Counted from the first letter of the stretch, positions 22,979 through 32,797 are shown. The stretch: DNA of 64,000 nt from Prochlorococcus sp. AG-402-O16 (GCA_003216415.1 QCIY01000010.1:666-64665); one strand, 5' to 3'. Made by a program: numbers and translations. The notes: generated by a model from the sequence alone, not told the origin.

Positions 22979-23527
22979 TTAATTTTTGTTTTTTTCTTTT
23001 TTTTCAGAAATGATACTGTTGTATTCATTAAAACTTTCCACAGAAAATTTAGTATCTTTAATGTCAATTCCTTTTAGTTCTCCTATGACTTTGTTTAAAT
23101 CATCTATATTTATCATTCCATTTTGATTATATTGAACTTCACCATCACTATTGATAATAATGGTTTGTGGAATTAATCCATTCCAATAATAATTAGGTTC
23201 ATTTGGACTGTCAGACTTTTCTTTATCCTGTAATTCATCTGTAGTTAGAGCAATGATATCTATATTGTTTCTCCATATCAAATCTAAACCAGATATTATC
23301 GGAGCCATAGCTTTACTATCGGAGCTATCATCAAGATAAAAAAATAAAACTGCGACTCTTTTATTTTTAAATGATTCCTGAAGAGTTGTCTGGGGAGGAA
23401 CTATAGCTCCATTTCCTGCGTATATAGGAAAGATGTTGCCATCGTAACTATTAGAATCTCTAGAAGCATTTGCTTTATATGGACTTAAGAAAATTAATGC
23501 TATTAGAATCCATTGAATTATTTTCAT
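22979..23527 (-). CDS. Thioredoxin-like thylakoid photosystem I accumulation factor family protein
   Basis: Signal peptide, YDGNIFPIYAGNG, FFYLDDSSDSK. Confidence 0.7.
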   Translation of the reverse strand: MKIIQWILIALIFLSPYKANASRDSNSYDGNIFPIYAGNGAIVPPQTTLQESFKNKRVAVLFFYLDDSSDSKAMAPIISGLDLIWRNNIDIIALTTDELQDKEKSDSPNEPNYYWNGLIPQTIIINSDGEVQYNQNGMINIDDLNKVIGELKGIDIKDTKFSVESFNEYNSIISEKKEKNKN

Positions 23528-23541
23528 TAAAGTTTAAAAAC

Positions 23542-25158
23542 TTACTTTGAACTTGATCTTCCTAATCCTTGTAGGACTCCTTTACCAACTAAGCCGATAG
23601 CTTTGCCTACGACCTTTGTAAGGAAAGTTACGAAAAGATTACCGATATACTTTACAGCAACTTCTAACTGCGGTGCTACGGCATCTCTTATCTCAACTAA
23701 CAATGTAACTTGTTTTTGTAGCCATTCTAGATTCTGTAATTCTTTCTCCCTATTTTCATTTTTAAAGTAACGGGTAAATTTTTTATCGATAATATCAATA
23801 TATTCTCGTTTACTCTCATATAAGTAGATAGGCATATAAACATAGTCATGCCAGCGATTGTAGTTATTAATAGTATTTCTAAATCTTTCAAAATTTCTTG
23901 TTGATTGTAATTCAGTATTTATAAGTAGAGTTCTTAATTCAGGCCAAGAAGAACAAATATTAAAGATTTCAGAAGCCAATAAATTACAGTTCCTTATTAT
24001 CCAATTTGAAATTATGTTTTCAAGGATTAAAAACGATTCTGTTTCATATAGAGGTAGTAGTTTCCCATCATAGTCTAGAGCTTCATTTTTAATAATTGGC
24101 TCGATAAACATTATTGACTCATGAGATTCTCTATCTATCTCTTCACAACTTACTTCACTATAAATAAATTCATTTATTGAAATAGACTCGCTTCCTTTTT
24201 TTAATCTAAAATAGCCGTCTGTGATATTTGAAATTGTATTAACTTTAAGTTCTTTTATAAGGGAATTTAAATCATCTTTAAAATCTTTTTCTTTATAGTT
24301 TTCTTTAATATTTTTTACTAAATTATCTAACTCATCTAACATTTTGCAAATTAGTCGTGAAATGTACTCTTTCTTTATCCCAGAGAGAATTATTGATGAA
24401 TTATTAAATTCAACATGTAAGTTAGTTGAGCAATATCTTTCTTTTAACCTATCAAAAATCAAATTCCAAATTTCTATAGTATTTTTGTCTTTAATGAACA
24501 CAGTATCCTTATTTTCAAAATTAATTTTATTTTCTGTGTAAATTGCTTCTGTATAAAGCTCTAGTGAATTACCCCATAAGAAAATAAGAAAAGATTTAGC
24601 AGTAATAAGTTCTCTCAATCTTCCTTTCAAAATAAATTTATAAAATTCTGAAGTTGAATCAGAGTTAACGTATTTGAATATATAGTTAATCTCAGTGTCT
24701 ATTTGTTTCAAGCCTGAAGTTAGAATTTTTTGACTAAAAGATAGAGGCTTATCTTTGTTTAATTGAACCCGAGAATTGTTTTCAATATCAAATACCCTTC
24801 CTCCATTTAAAATGGTATCAATGGATTCAAGAACTTTTTCTGCACTGGGATTTAAAAGAAAGCCTTCAGCATTTAAAGATGGAGTGGTTTTTGCTTCATA
24901 AACGAGTTCACCAGAAAGTATTATTAGAAACTTTGAATCATCATATCTTTCTCTAAATTTTAATAATTCCAACCTTATAAGATCTTCTGATTGAAAATTA
25001 AGAACATTCCATATAATTAAATCCGGGGTTTTATCACCTATTCCATTATTAAAATTAATATCTAAATTTTGATCTATTGATGTTAACTTAAGCGATAAAG
25101 ATTCTGCTATTAAGCTTGGAGCAATAATTAATATTGATTTTTTTGAAATTAATTCCAA
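23542..25158 (-). CDS. DUF3685 (Ycf55-like) protein with receiver-like N-terminus
   Basis: Receiver-like N-terminus; LKGRLREL, STRNFERFRN, QVTLLVEIRDA C-terminal motifs. Confidence 0.78.
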   Translation of the reverse strand: MELISKKSILIIAPSLIAESLSLKLTSIDQNLDINFNNGIGDKTPDLIIWNVLNFQSEDLIRLELLKFRERYDDSKFLIILSGELVYEAKTTPSLNAEGFLLNPSAEKVLESIDTILNGGRVFDIENNSRVQLNKDKPLSFSQKILTSGLKQIDTEINYIFKYVNSDSTSEFYKFILKGRLRELITAKSFLIFLWGNSLELYTEAIYTENKINFENKDTVFIKDKNTIEIWNLIFDRLKERYCSTNLHVEFNNSSIILSGIKKEYISRLICKMLDELDNLVKNIKENYKEKDFKDDLNSLIKELKVNTISNITDGYFRLKKGSESISINEFIYSEVSCEEIDRESHESIMFIEPIIKNEALDYDGKLLPLYETESFLILENIISNWIIRNCNLLASEIFNICSSWPELRTLLINTELQSTRNFERFRNTINNYNRWHDYVYMPIYLYESKREYIDIIDKKFTRYFKNENREKELQNLEWLQKQVTLLVEIRDAVAPQLEVAVKYIGNLFVTFLTKVVGKAIGLVGKGVLQGLGRSSSK

Positions 25159-25236
25159 GACTAGATTTCTTATCTCTTATATAAAATTAACTAACAATTA
25201 CTGCAAACACCAGCCTTAAATCAATTTTATATTATT

Positions 25237-26004
25237 TTAAGCGAAGTAATTGTTGTTTAAATCAAAGTCATTTAGTCTCTCTGATGAAAATACATTATTC
25301 GCTTCGTTTATTGTAAATTTATTTTCATATAGAGCTTTACCTACAATTACGCCAAAGAGTCCAGAATTCTCAAATTTAACTAAGGATAATAAATCAGAAA
25401 TTGAACCAACACCTCCCGAGGCTATTACTGGAATATCTGTAATCTCAAGAATTCTTTTTATGAATTCTTCATTTGTTCCTTCTAGGGTCCCATCTGTATT
25501 TATATCTGTAACAATAAAACTAGCGATTTTAAATGATGAAAACTCCCTTACTAGATCTGTTGCTAAAATATTAGATTGCTCTAGCCACCCCCTGGTACTA
25601 ATTTTTCCTTCTTTTGCATCAATACCTACAATTATCCTCCCAGGAAATTTATTTGATAAGTCTTTAACTAATTCTTTATTTTCTATTGCCGAAGTCCCCA
25701 TTATAACTTTCTCAATACCATAAGAAAATAATTGTTCTATCCTTTCTTGAGACCTTATCCCTCCACCAATTTGAATGGGTATATTAACTGTTTCTGCAAT
25801 CTTTTTTATTGATTTATCGTTTGTTGGTGATCCTGTTTTTGCAGCATCCAAATCAACTATATGTATATATTTGGCTCCTTCGCTTTCCCAAAATTTAGCC
25901 TGCTCATGAGGTTCTTTCTTGAAGTCTTTTCTTTTGTTAAAGTCGCCCTTAAAAAGCCTTACACACTTACCATTCATCAAATCAATAGCTGGTATTAGTT
26001 CCAT
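25237..26004 (-). CDS. hisA: ProFAR isomerase
   Basis: LIPAIDL..GKCVRL, HIVDLD, GGGIRS, TDINTDGT, ASGGV. Confidence 0.96.
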   Translation of the reverse strand: MELIPAIDLMNGKCVRLFKGDFNKRKDFKKEPHEQAKFWESEGAKYIHIVDLDAAKTGSPTNDKSIKKIAETVNIPIQIGGGIRSQERIEQLFSYGIEKVIMGTSAIENKELVKDLSNKFPGRIIVGIDAKEGKISTRGWLEQSNILATDLVREFSSFKIASFIVTDINTDGTLEGTNEEFIKRILEITDIPVIASGGVGSISDLLSLVKFENSGLFGVIVGKALYENKFTINEANNVFSSERLNDFDLNNNYFA

Positions 26005-26096
26005 AGAATCATCCTTTTCATTAATTGCTTCTTAGTAGTACTATTCAATATGTAATTCTAATTAAGATTACTACTTCAGTTAAATATTTTTTGAAT

Positions 26097-27017
26097 ATGA
26101 AAATTCTTGTAATGGGTGGCACTAGATTTGTTGGCAAATCTTTGGTTGAAAAGTTATTAAACCAGAATCATGATATTGATATTTTTACAAGAGGTAATAA
26201 AGCTAATCCTGAAAAAACAAATTTAATTAAGGGGGATAGAAATAGTTCAGAAGATATCGTTAAGCTAAGAAATAAAAAATATGACGTTATTTATGATATC
26301 TCTGGACGAGAGTTAGAACAAACAAAACTTCTTGTAGAAAATTTAGATAATTCTTTCCAGAGATATGTATACGTTAGCTCTGCTGGTGTTTATAAAGATA
26401 ATTATGAATTACCTTTATCTGAAATTGATCCTATTAACCAAGATAGTCGGCACAAAGGAAAGTTTGAGACAGAAAATTGGTTAATAAACCAAAAAGTTCC
26501 TTTTACAAGTTTTAGACCTACTTATATTTATGGACCTGGAAATTATAATAAAATTGAAAATTGGTTTTTTGAAAGATTATTTACTAATAAATCCATCCCA
26601 ATCCCCGGTGATGGGTCTTTAATTACCCAGCTAGGCCATGTTTCGGATCTGACTGATGTAATGATTAGGTGTATGAATTTTAGAAATTCTAAAAATAATA
26701 TTTACAACTGTTCAGGTGAAAAAGGAGTTACGATTAAGGGCTTAATATATTTCTGTGCAAAAGTTCTTGGATTAAACCAAAATGAGATTTCTTTAAGAAC
26801 ATTTGATTATCAAAAATTAGATCCTAAATCTCGAAAGGGATTTCCAATTAGATTAAATCATTATCAAACTGATATATCTAAGATTAAACGTGATTTAGAG
26901 TGGGAGCCAACTTTTGATTTACTTAAGGGTTTAAAGGATAGTTTTGTGAAAGATTTTAATAATAAAAAGAGTGAGGGGTTTGATGAAAATTCAGATCAGA
27001 TCCTTTTTGATTCTTAA
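26097..27017 (+). CDS. NAD-dependent epimerase/dehydratase family (CSP41b-like)
   Basis: MKILVMGGTRFVG, YVSSAGVY, RPTYIYGP; start moved to ATG 26097. Confidence 0.88.
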   Translation: MKILVMGGTRFVGKSLVEKLLNQNHDIDIFTRGNKANPEKTNLIKGDRNSSEDIVKLRNKKYDVIYDISGRELEQTKLLVENLDNSFQRYVYVSSAGVYKDNYELPLSEIDPINQDSRHKGKFETENWLINQKVPFTSFRPTYIYGPGNYNKIENWFFERLFTNKSIPIPGDGSLITQLGHVSDLTDVMIRCMNFRNSKNNIYNCSGEKGVTIKGLIYFCAKVLGLNQNEISLRTFDYQKLDPKSRKGFPIRLNHYQTDISKIKRDLEWEPTFDLLKGLKDSFVKDFNNKKSEGFDENSDQILFDS

Positions 27018-27503
27018 ATAGCCTAATGAGGTCACAAAAGTCAGGATGAATCCTAACCAATAAAAAATTAAAGCCAAATTATTCAATAAGCTTATTTCTA
27101 ATGGTGCAAAAAAGGTGATTACTGAAATAAAAAAGAAAAATGTTTTAAATTTGCCCAACATAGATGCCGGCAAACCGTCTTTCGTGACGTTCCTCAGGCT
27201 AGAGATTATTAATTCCCTAAATAAAATTAATGTTAAAGACCAGAAAGGTACTAAATTATTTTTGCAGAGGAATACTAAAGGAATTAAATAGAATACTTTG
27301 TCGCTTAAGGGATCTAGGATAGCTCCTAATCTTGTTTTAAGATTATATTTTCTTGCAATTAACCCGTCAAAATAATCAGTTAAACCACCAATAATAATCA
27401 AAATGAAAACATAAAAAGGTCTATTAATCTCTAAAAAGAGAATTAAAGGAAATACAAGTAAAAGGCGAGATATCGATAATAAGTTAGGAATATTTAAAGC
27501 CAA
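26991..27503 (-). CDS. pgsA: CDP-diacylglycerol--glycerol-3-phosphate 3-phosphatidyltransferase
   Basis: NIPNLLSISR, TDYFDGLIAR, GAILDPLSDK. Confidence 0.9.
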   Translation of the reverse strand: MALNIPNLLSISRLLLVFPLILFLEINRPFYVFILIIIGGLTDYFDGLIARKYNLKTRLGAILDPLSDKVFYLIPLVFLCKNNLVPFWSLTLILFRELIISSLRNVTKDGLPASMLGKFKTFFFFISVITFFAPLEISLLNNLALIFYWLGFILTFVTSLGYLRIKKDLI

Positions 27504-27714
27504 TTTTTGGAAAATTTTTTTAATTAAAAATTAATTTTTCTGCATAAAAGATATCTTACACTCTCCAGAAGCTTAAATTTTCAGTAAAACTTATCAAAAT
27601 TGTATAAATGTTAGATTCTGAAATTTAATTTAAATCACAATCCTAAAGATTATGAACCCTTCTTCTATTTATTATTGATGATGTTTTATATTTAAAAATT
27701 ATTAACAATATCTA

Positions 27715-28326
27715 ATGCAGCCTCATAGCCTAAAGCTATCTCCTGAATCTGATTTAATAAAATCAATTAAAGAATATTCTTATGCAAATAATTTATACGG
27801 GTATGTTTCAGGAGTGGTTGGTAATCTTAGGACAGTTTGTATTCAATGCCCAGGAAATCAAGAGATAAATAAATTTGAAGGCAATCTTGAGATCGTTTCT
27901 CTTAATGGTCACTTTAATAAAGGGGATGTTCACCTTCATTTGAGCTTTGCTGATGAGGGATGTAATGTCTTTGGGGGGCATCTTGAGGAAGGATGCATTG
28001 TAAAAAAAGGTACTGACATATTATTAATTTCTTTTGAACAAAAAATTATCAACATCTCAAATTATGATTTAGTTTCAAATGAATCACGAGTAAGAGTCTA
28101 TATTTTAAAAGATTGTCCCTGGTCTAAAAGAGCAATTAGGTTGCTTAATTCTTTATCTATACCTCATGAAGTTACTTCAATAGACAATGATGAAAGCTTT
28201 CAAAAAATAATGGCTAAAAGTCGACATAATACTTTCCCTCAAATATTTTTGGATAATAAATTTTTTGGAGGATATGATGAACTTTCAGAACAAGCAAAAT
28301 TGGATAACTTAAATTTATTTAAGTAA
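27715..28326 (+). CDS. PPC (DUF296) domain fused to glutaredoxin-like domain
   Basis: LEIVSLNG, HLHLSFAD, FGGHL (PPC); then CPWS, TFPQIF, GGYD (Grx). Confidence 0.85.
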   Translation: MQPHSLKLSPESDLIKSIKEYSYANNLYGYVSGVVGNLRTVCIQCPGNQEINKFEGNLEIVSLNGHFNKGDVHLHLSFADEGCNVFGGHLEEGCIVKKGTDILLISFEQKIINISNYDLVSNESRVRVYILKDCPWSKRAIRLLNSLSIPHEVTSIDNDESFQKIMAKSRHNTFPQIFLDNKFFGGYDELSEQAKLDNLNLFK

Positions 28327-28336
28327 TCTAGATTTT

Positions 28337-28525
28337 TTAACTATCACGATTATTAAGCTTTTCAGAGACTAATTCTTCCTCTAACTGCTTTATCAACCTT
28401 GATACAAGACTTTGAAATTCTGGTTGACAGCCTTTAAATGCAGCTTTATGTCTTATTGGTTCATTTCTAGTTCTTAAATCAGTAAGCATTAATTGTAATG
28501 CGTCAATTTTGGGGTTTATTTTCAT
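28337..28525 (-). CDS. Small hypothetical protein
   Basis: 62-aa ORF filling the gap. Confidence 0.6.
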   Translation of the reverse strand: MKINPKIDALQLMLTDLRTRNEPIRHKAAFKGCQPEFQSLVSRLIKQLEEELVSEKLNNRDS

Positions 28526-28549
28526 GGTTTTTTTATATGTTTACATCTT

Positions 28550-29209
28550 TTAAATCATTTGCATAGCTTTTTTAAAAGATATTTTTTTATTATCATTCGA
28601 ACTTGTTACTTCTATTAGTTTATTTATGGATTCTTTGTTTTTTAAAGAATCTATACAACATTGCGCTACTAATCTTCTTGGGATTGATCCATTAATTTGA
28701 GTATCCTCCTTTGAATAATTTATATTTTCTGATTTAATATCTTCATTTTCCTTTAATCCTCCAGGCCTGATAATAGTCCATTCGAAATTTGAATTTCGTA
28801 GAAAGTTTTCACCTAATTTCTTCCAAATAAGAATTAAGCCAAAAAAGTTTAATGGGTGAAATAATTTACCAGTACAAAGAGAACTAACTAAAATAATTCT
28901 TTTAATACCAACTCTTTTGCAACTCTCTAATTGCCTGTATACGCCTAATGCATCAACCTTTGCAGGACCAGTTAAATCTAATGATGCTCTCGCACCAGTA
29001 GCAATTACCAATGCATCAATATCTTTTAAAGCTTTATCAAGTTCACCTTTTTTGTCTAATGAAACCCTAATTGTGTCTAAACTCTCAAGTCCTTCTGAAA
29101 CTTTTGAATTCTTTCTAATAATTTGCCTTACTTTATATCCTTTCTTAACTGCCTCTTCAGAAATCCTATAACCTGTTTTCCCCGATGCACCAGTAATTGC
29201 TATTTTCAT
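28550..29209 (-). CDS. NAD(P)-binding atypical SDR protein
   Basis: ITGASGKTG, LVSSL, WTIIRPGGL. Confidence 0.88.
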   Translation of the reverse strand: MKIAITGASGKTGYRISEEAVKKGYKVRQIIRKNSKVSEGLESLDTIRVSLDKKGELDKALKDIDALVIATGARASLDLTGPAKVDALGVYRQLESCKRVGIKRIILVSSLCTGKLFHPLNFFGLILIWKKLGENFLRNSNFEWTIIRPGGLKENEDIKSENINYSKEDTQINGSIPRRLVAQCCIDSLKNKESINKLIEVTSSNDNKKISFKKAMQMI

Positions 29210-29244
29210 GATTAAAAAACTAATTTAATCATTATATAAATTTC

Positions 29245-29910
29245 TTAGGGTTTTTTACATATAAATTTCTTTTTTCTTCTTGGGTAAAGAGTACGACATA
29301 AATAACATTTTGTTCCATCACAGCCTCTTGCGGTGCAGTATTCCCTGCCATAAAAGATTATTTGTAAATGCAGGGTATTCCAATCATTAACAGGAAATAT
29401 TTTTTTCAGGTCTTTTTCAGTTTGAACTACGCTATCTCCATTTGATAGACCCCATCTTTGTGACAACCTGTGTATGTGAGTATCGACTGGAAATGAGGGG
29501 ATTTTAAATACTTGTGACATTACAACTGATGCTGTTTTATGACCTACCCCTGGGAGAGATTCAAGCTTCTCAAAAGAATCTGGGACTATACCTTTATGCT
29601 TCTCAATCAATAGTTTAGATAGGTTATATATGTTCTTTGATTTTTGATTAGATAGACCCAAAAATTTTATGTATTGATAAATGCCATTAATACCTAGCTT
29701 CACCATCTTTTCTGGATTATCTGCAGCCTCAAATAAGCTTTTTGTTAATTCGTTAACTTTCTTATCTGTTGATTGAGCGCTTAAAACAACGGCGACGAGA
29801 AGTGTATATGCATTTGTATGGTCAAGAGGTATCGGAGGCGATGGATATAGCTTTTTAAGTTCCTTACTTATTATTTCTGCTCTTTCGGTCTTTCTCATTA
29901 AAATAGGCAA
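29245..29910 (-). CDS. nth: Endonuclease III
   Basis: LLVAVVLSAQSTD, LPGVGHKTA, VDTHI, C-terminal Cys cluster. Confidence 0.95.
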   Translation of the reverse strand: MPILMRKTERAEIISKELKKLYPSPPIPLDHTNAYTLLVAVVLSAQSTDKKVNELTKSLFEAADNPEKMVKLGINGIYQYIKFLGLSNQKSKNIYNLSKLLIEKHKGIVPDSFEKLESLPGVGHKTASVVMSQVFKIPSFPVDTHIHRLSQRWGLSNGDSVVQTEKDLKKIFPVNDWNTLHLQIIFYGREYCTARGCDGTKCYLCRTLYPRRKKKFICKKP

Positions 29911-29994
29911 ATTAAATGGTGTATAAAATTATACAAGAGATGTTTTAGATTAGTATTTTCTGCTAATTTAATATATTTAAAGAAGAAAAAATTT

Positions 29995-31053
29995 GTGAAA
30001 AATGATGCGTTAGTAATTGATGATTTGCATCATAAATATGATAAGCGAGAGAATTCAAATTGGATATTAAATAAAATTAACCTAAAAATTGAAAATGACG
30101 AATTATTAGGCTTGCTTGGTCCTTCTGGTTGCGGAAAAACTACTCTTTTGAGATTAATCGCAGGGTTCGAATATCCCTCTAAAGGAAGGATTTCTTTGAA
30201 TAATATCGAAATTTCAAGTAGGAAAAAAATTCTTAGCCCTGAGAAAAGAAATATTGGAATGGTTTTTCAAGACTATGCACTTTTCCCTCACTTAACTGTT
30301 TTGGAAAATGTAATGTTTGGTTTGAAAAACAAAAAAGATAGATCTAGAATTGATTATTTACTAAATGTAGTGGGTCTTGATAGTTTTGTTGCAAGGTACC
30401 CACATGAATTGTCTGGAGGCCAAAAACAAAGACTAGCAATTGCAAGAGCTCTTGCTCCAGGTACAAATTTTATGTTATTAGATGAACCCTTTTGTAGCCT
30501 TGATATGCATGTCAAACTTAAATTGAGAAGTGAACTACCAAATATTCTAGGAAGTTGTAATGCAAGCGGATTAATGGTTACTCATGATCCTGAAGAAGCC
30601 ATGTCAATTTGCGATAAAGTTGCCGTTATGAATGAAGGTAAAATTCATCAAATTGATACACCAATTAACCTTCTAAATAATCCCAAGACAATATTCGTGA
30701 GTAGTTTTATTTTGGGAAATAATATTATAAATCTCAGAAATACTGGTAATTCATTTATTTCTAGTTTAGGTGAAATAAATAGTTCAGGGTTATTAGAAAA
30801 TACACATATTAATAGAATGTCAATTTCGCCTAAATTTATTTCAATTAAAAGATCAGAATCTAGTAATGCGAAAGTAATATCAAAAGAATTTCTTGGAGAA
30901 TATCTTATATATAAAGTATCTATTAATGGTGATATATTAAGGGTTAGAACTGATATTAATAATCTCCTAAGTAATGGTGATAAATGTTCTCTTTCTATTA
31001 ATAAAAATAGTTATTGTTTTTTATATCCTGGAGCACATAAGGTATATATATAG
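29995..31053 (+). CDS. futC: Fe(III) ABC transporter ATP-binding protein (FutC/SfuC-like)
   Basis: GPSGCGKTT, VFQDYALFPH, LSGGQ, LLDEPF, TOBE-like tail; next to ferritin. Confidence 0.8.
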   Translation: MKNDALVIDDLHHKYDKRENSNWILNKINLKIENDELLGLLGPSGCGKTTLLRLIAGFEYPSKGRISLNNIEISSRKKILSPEKRNIGMVFQDYALFPHLTVLENVMFGLKNKKDRSRIDYLLNVVGLDSFVARYPHELSGGQKQRLAIARALAPGTNFMLLDEPFCSLDMHVKLKLRSELPNILGSCNASGLMVTHDPEEAMSICDKVAVMNEGKIHQIDTPINLLNNPKTIFVSSFILGNNIINLRNTGNSFISSLGEINSSGLLENTHINRMSISPKFISIKRSESSNAKVISKEFLGEYLIYKVSINGDILRVRTDINNLLSNGDKCSLSINKNSYCFLYPGAHKVYI

Positions 31054-31189
31054 AATTTATTTATAAGCAATTACACTTCCCCCCCGTCCAGTTAGAGCAT
31101 TTTTTCTTTTTACATTTCTTTTTTTTATTTTTATATTTTTTATTAGTTAATAGCAGCTCAGTAAAACTGTACTCTAAATTCATTTATAG

Positions 31190-31214
31190 TATTGCGATTG
31201 ATTTTCATTATCAT
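31190..31214. promoter_or_regulatory. Fur-box-like operator upstream of ferritin
   Basis: Reverse complement of 31194-31212 is GATAATGAAAATCAATCGC, 15/19 to GATAATGATAATCATTATC. Confidence 0.6.
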
Positions 31215-31296
31215 ATTATTTAATTTTATTTAAATGATTAATTAATTACTAATTTATACAAAATGTTGTATTATTTATATAGTTTCTTTTTGAGTA

Positions 31297-31851
31297 ATGA
31301 ACGAGAATAATTTAAAGACAAAGAAATTAATTAATTTTGGTCCATCTGGAAGAGCTGTTGCACAACCAATGGACAATAGTTTATTGGATAATATTTTTGA
31401 ACATCTAACAATGGAAAGATATGCTAATGTGCAATATTTTTCTATATACCTATGGTTTCAAGAGCGGGATTTAAATGGTTTTGCCGCACATTTTCTAAGT
31501 GAATCACAAGGTGAAATGGAACATGCTCAAAAATTTGCAGATTACTTAATTGCAAGAGGACAAAGAGTGAAATTAGATGAACTTCCTGCACCAGTTCAAA
31601 CATGGGATTCAATTGAGGACTTAATTTCTTATTCTTTCAACATGGAGGCTGATTTAACTTCATCTCTTCAACAACTTTATTCGATTTCAGAAAGAATTTC
31701 AGATACAAGAACCAACGTTTTTTTAGATCCAATTATAGAGGCTCAAACAAAATCAGAAGATGAATTTGCGAACATACTTGGCAAAGTAAAGTTTGCTTCT
31801 AATCAACCTTCTGCAATCTTATTGATAGATAGTGATTTAAAGAAAAAATAA
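31297..31851 (+). CDS. ftn: Ferritin
   Basis: ERYANVQY, E..EMEHA, FLDPIIEAQTKSE ferroxidase-type residues. Confidence 0.92.
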   Translation: MNENNLKTKKLINFGPSGRAVAQPMDNSLLDNIFEHLTMERYANVQYFSIYLWFQERDLNGFAAHFLSESQGEMEHAQKFADYLIARGQRVKLDELPAPVQTWDSIEDLISYSFNMEADLTSSLQQLYSISERISDTRTNVFLDPIIEAQTKSEDEFANILGKVKFASNQPSAILLIDSDLKKK

Positions 31852-32127
31852 ATTACTTTCAAATTTATTTTCATTCAATGTTCTTTTGGCAATTTCAACA
31901 AGTAAATTAGAAAAGTTGATTTTCTCATCATTATTTTTATTTAAGAGCCCAGCTATTTTATGAATCTCATTAACTCTTTTGAAAATATTTTTGTTTTCAG
32001 AAAATAACCTTTCCTTCAATGCTTTATTTCCGGTAGTTTTGTAAGATTGTTTTATATTTCTGAGCCTATTCGATAAAACATCAACTTCCATTAATAAACT
32101 GTTAGTAAGTGATTGTGATTCCTTCAT
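31837..32127 (-). CDS. Hypothetical coiled-coil protein downstream of Crp regulator
   Basis: ATG 32127 is 4 nt after the Crp stop; probable operon. Confidence 0.65.
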   Translation of the reverse strand: MKESQSLTNSLLMEVDVLSNRLRNIKQSYKTTGNKALKERLFSENKNIFKRVNEIHKIAGLLNKNNDEKINFSNLLVEIAKRTLNENKFESNLFFL

Positions 32128-32131
32128 GTTT

Positions 32132-32719
32132 TTATAGCGGCGATGTTTCAATAAAAGAAGGTGCAACACTGACTGTTTGGGTTCCAATAGGTGCTATTAA
32201 TAACTCAGATGTTCTTAATTTAGAAATTAATCTTGTTGATGTTACACGAGTTGAGCCGATTAATTCACCAATCCTTTCGTGAGTTAACCTAAAAGGTAAC
32301 TCACACCATTGACCACATCTTCTACCTAAACGATTTACTAGTATTGAAAACAATGCTTGTAAACGCTGTTCTGCATTTCCTAGGTGTCTAATTCTAAGGA
32401 GTTGCAAAGTCCATTCATTTACTGCATCAAAACCAATATTCTCATCAATATTTACATTGCTATGAAAAGATAAATCTGTTAGTGCTTCAACACAGACACC
32501 TTCGCTGCATAAAAGGTCCGTTCTTAATTGATCACCTGATTGTAAAAATGCTAGTGTCATGCCTTCAGTTTCTTCACAAGGGCAATAAACTCTAGCTATT
32601 CCAGTTTCAACCTCTAGGCATGTGCCTTTTGGTCTTGATGAAGGGTCTATTAAAACGGATTGCCCAGTTATAATCCTTACTGATTTTGACGGAGATTCCC
32701 CATAACAATGGAAATTCAT
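32132..32719 (-). CDS. Crp/Fnr family transcriptional regulator, Cys-rich
   Basis: C-terminal HTH LTHERIGELIGSTRVTSTRLISKL; start moved to ATG 32719. Confidence 0.88.
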   Translation of the reverse strand: MNFHCYGESPSKSVRIITGQSVLIDPSSRPKGTCLEVETGIARVYCPCEETEGMTLAFLQSGDQLRTDLLCSEGVCVEALTDLSFHSNVNIDENIGFDAVNEWTLQLLRIRHLGNAEQRLQALFSILVNRLGRRCGQWCELPFRLTHERIGELIGSTRVTSTRLISKLRTSELLIAPIGTQTVSVAPSFIETSPL

Positions 32720-32731
32720 TAATTTAAATAT

Positions 32732-32750
32732 GATAATGAGAATTATTATC
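32732..32750. promoter_or_regulatory. Fur box
   Basis: GATAATGAGAATTATTATC, 17/19 to consensus, 12 nt upstream of the Crp start. Confidence 0.75.
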
Positions 32751-32772
32751 AATTATGCACTAAAAAAATACT

Positions 32773-32797
32773 TATTGCAATAGATTCTCATTATCAT
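32773..32797. promoter_or_regulatory. Second Fur-box-like operator
   Basis: TATTGCAATAGATTCTCATTATCAT, 22/25 identical to the ferritin site; core 14/19 to consensus. Confidence 0.6.
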
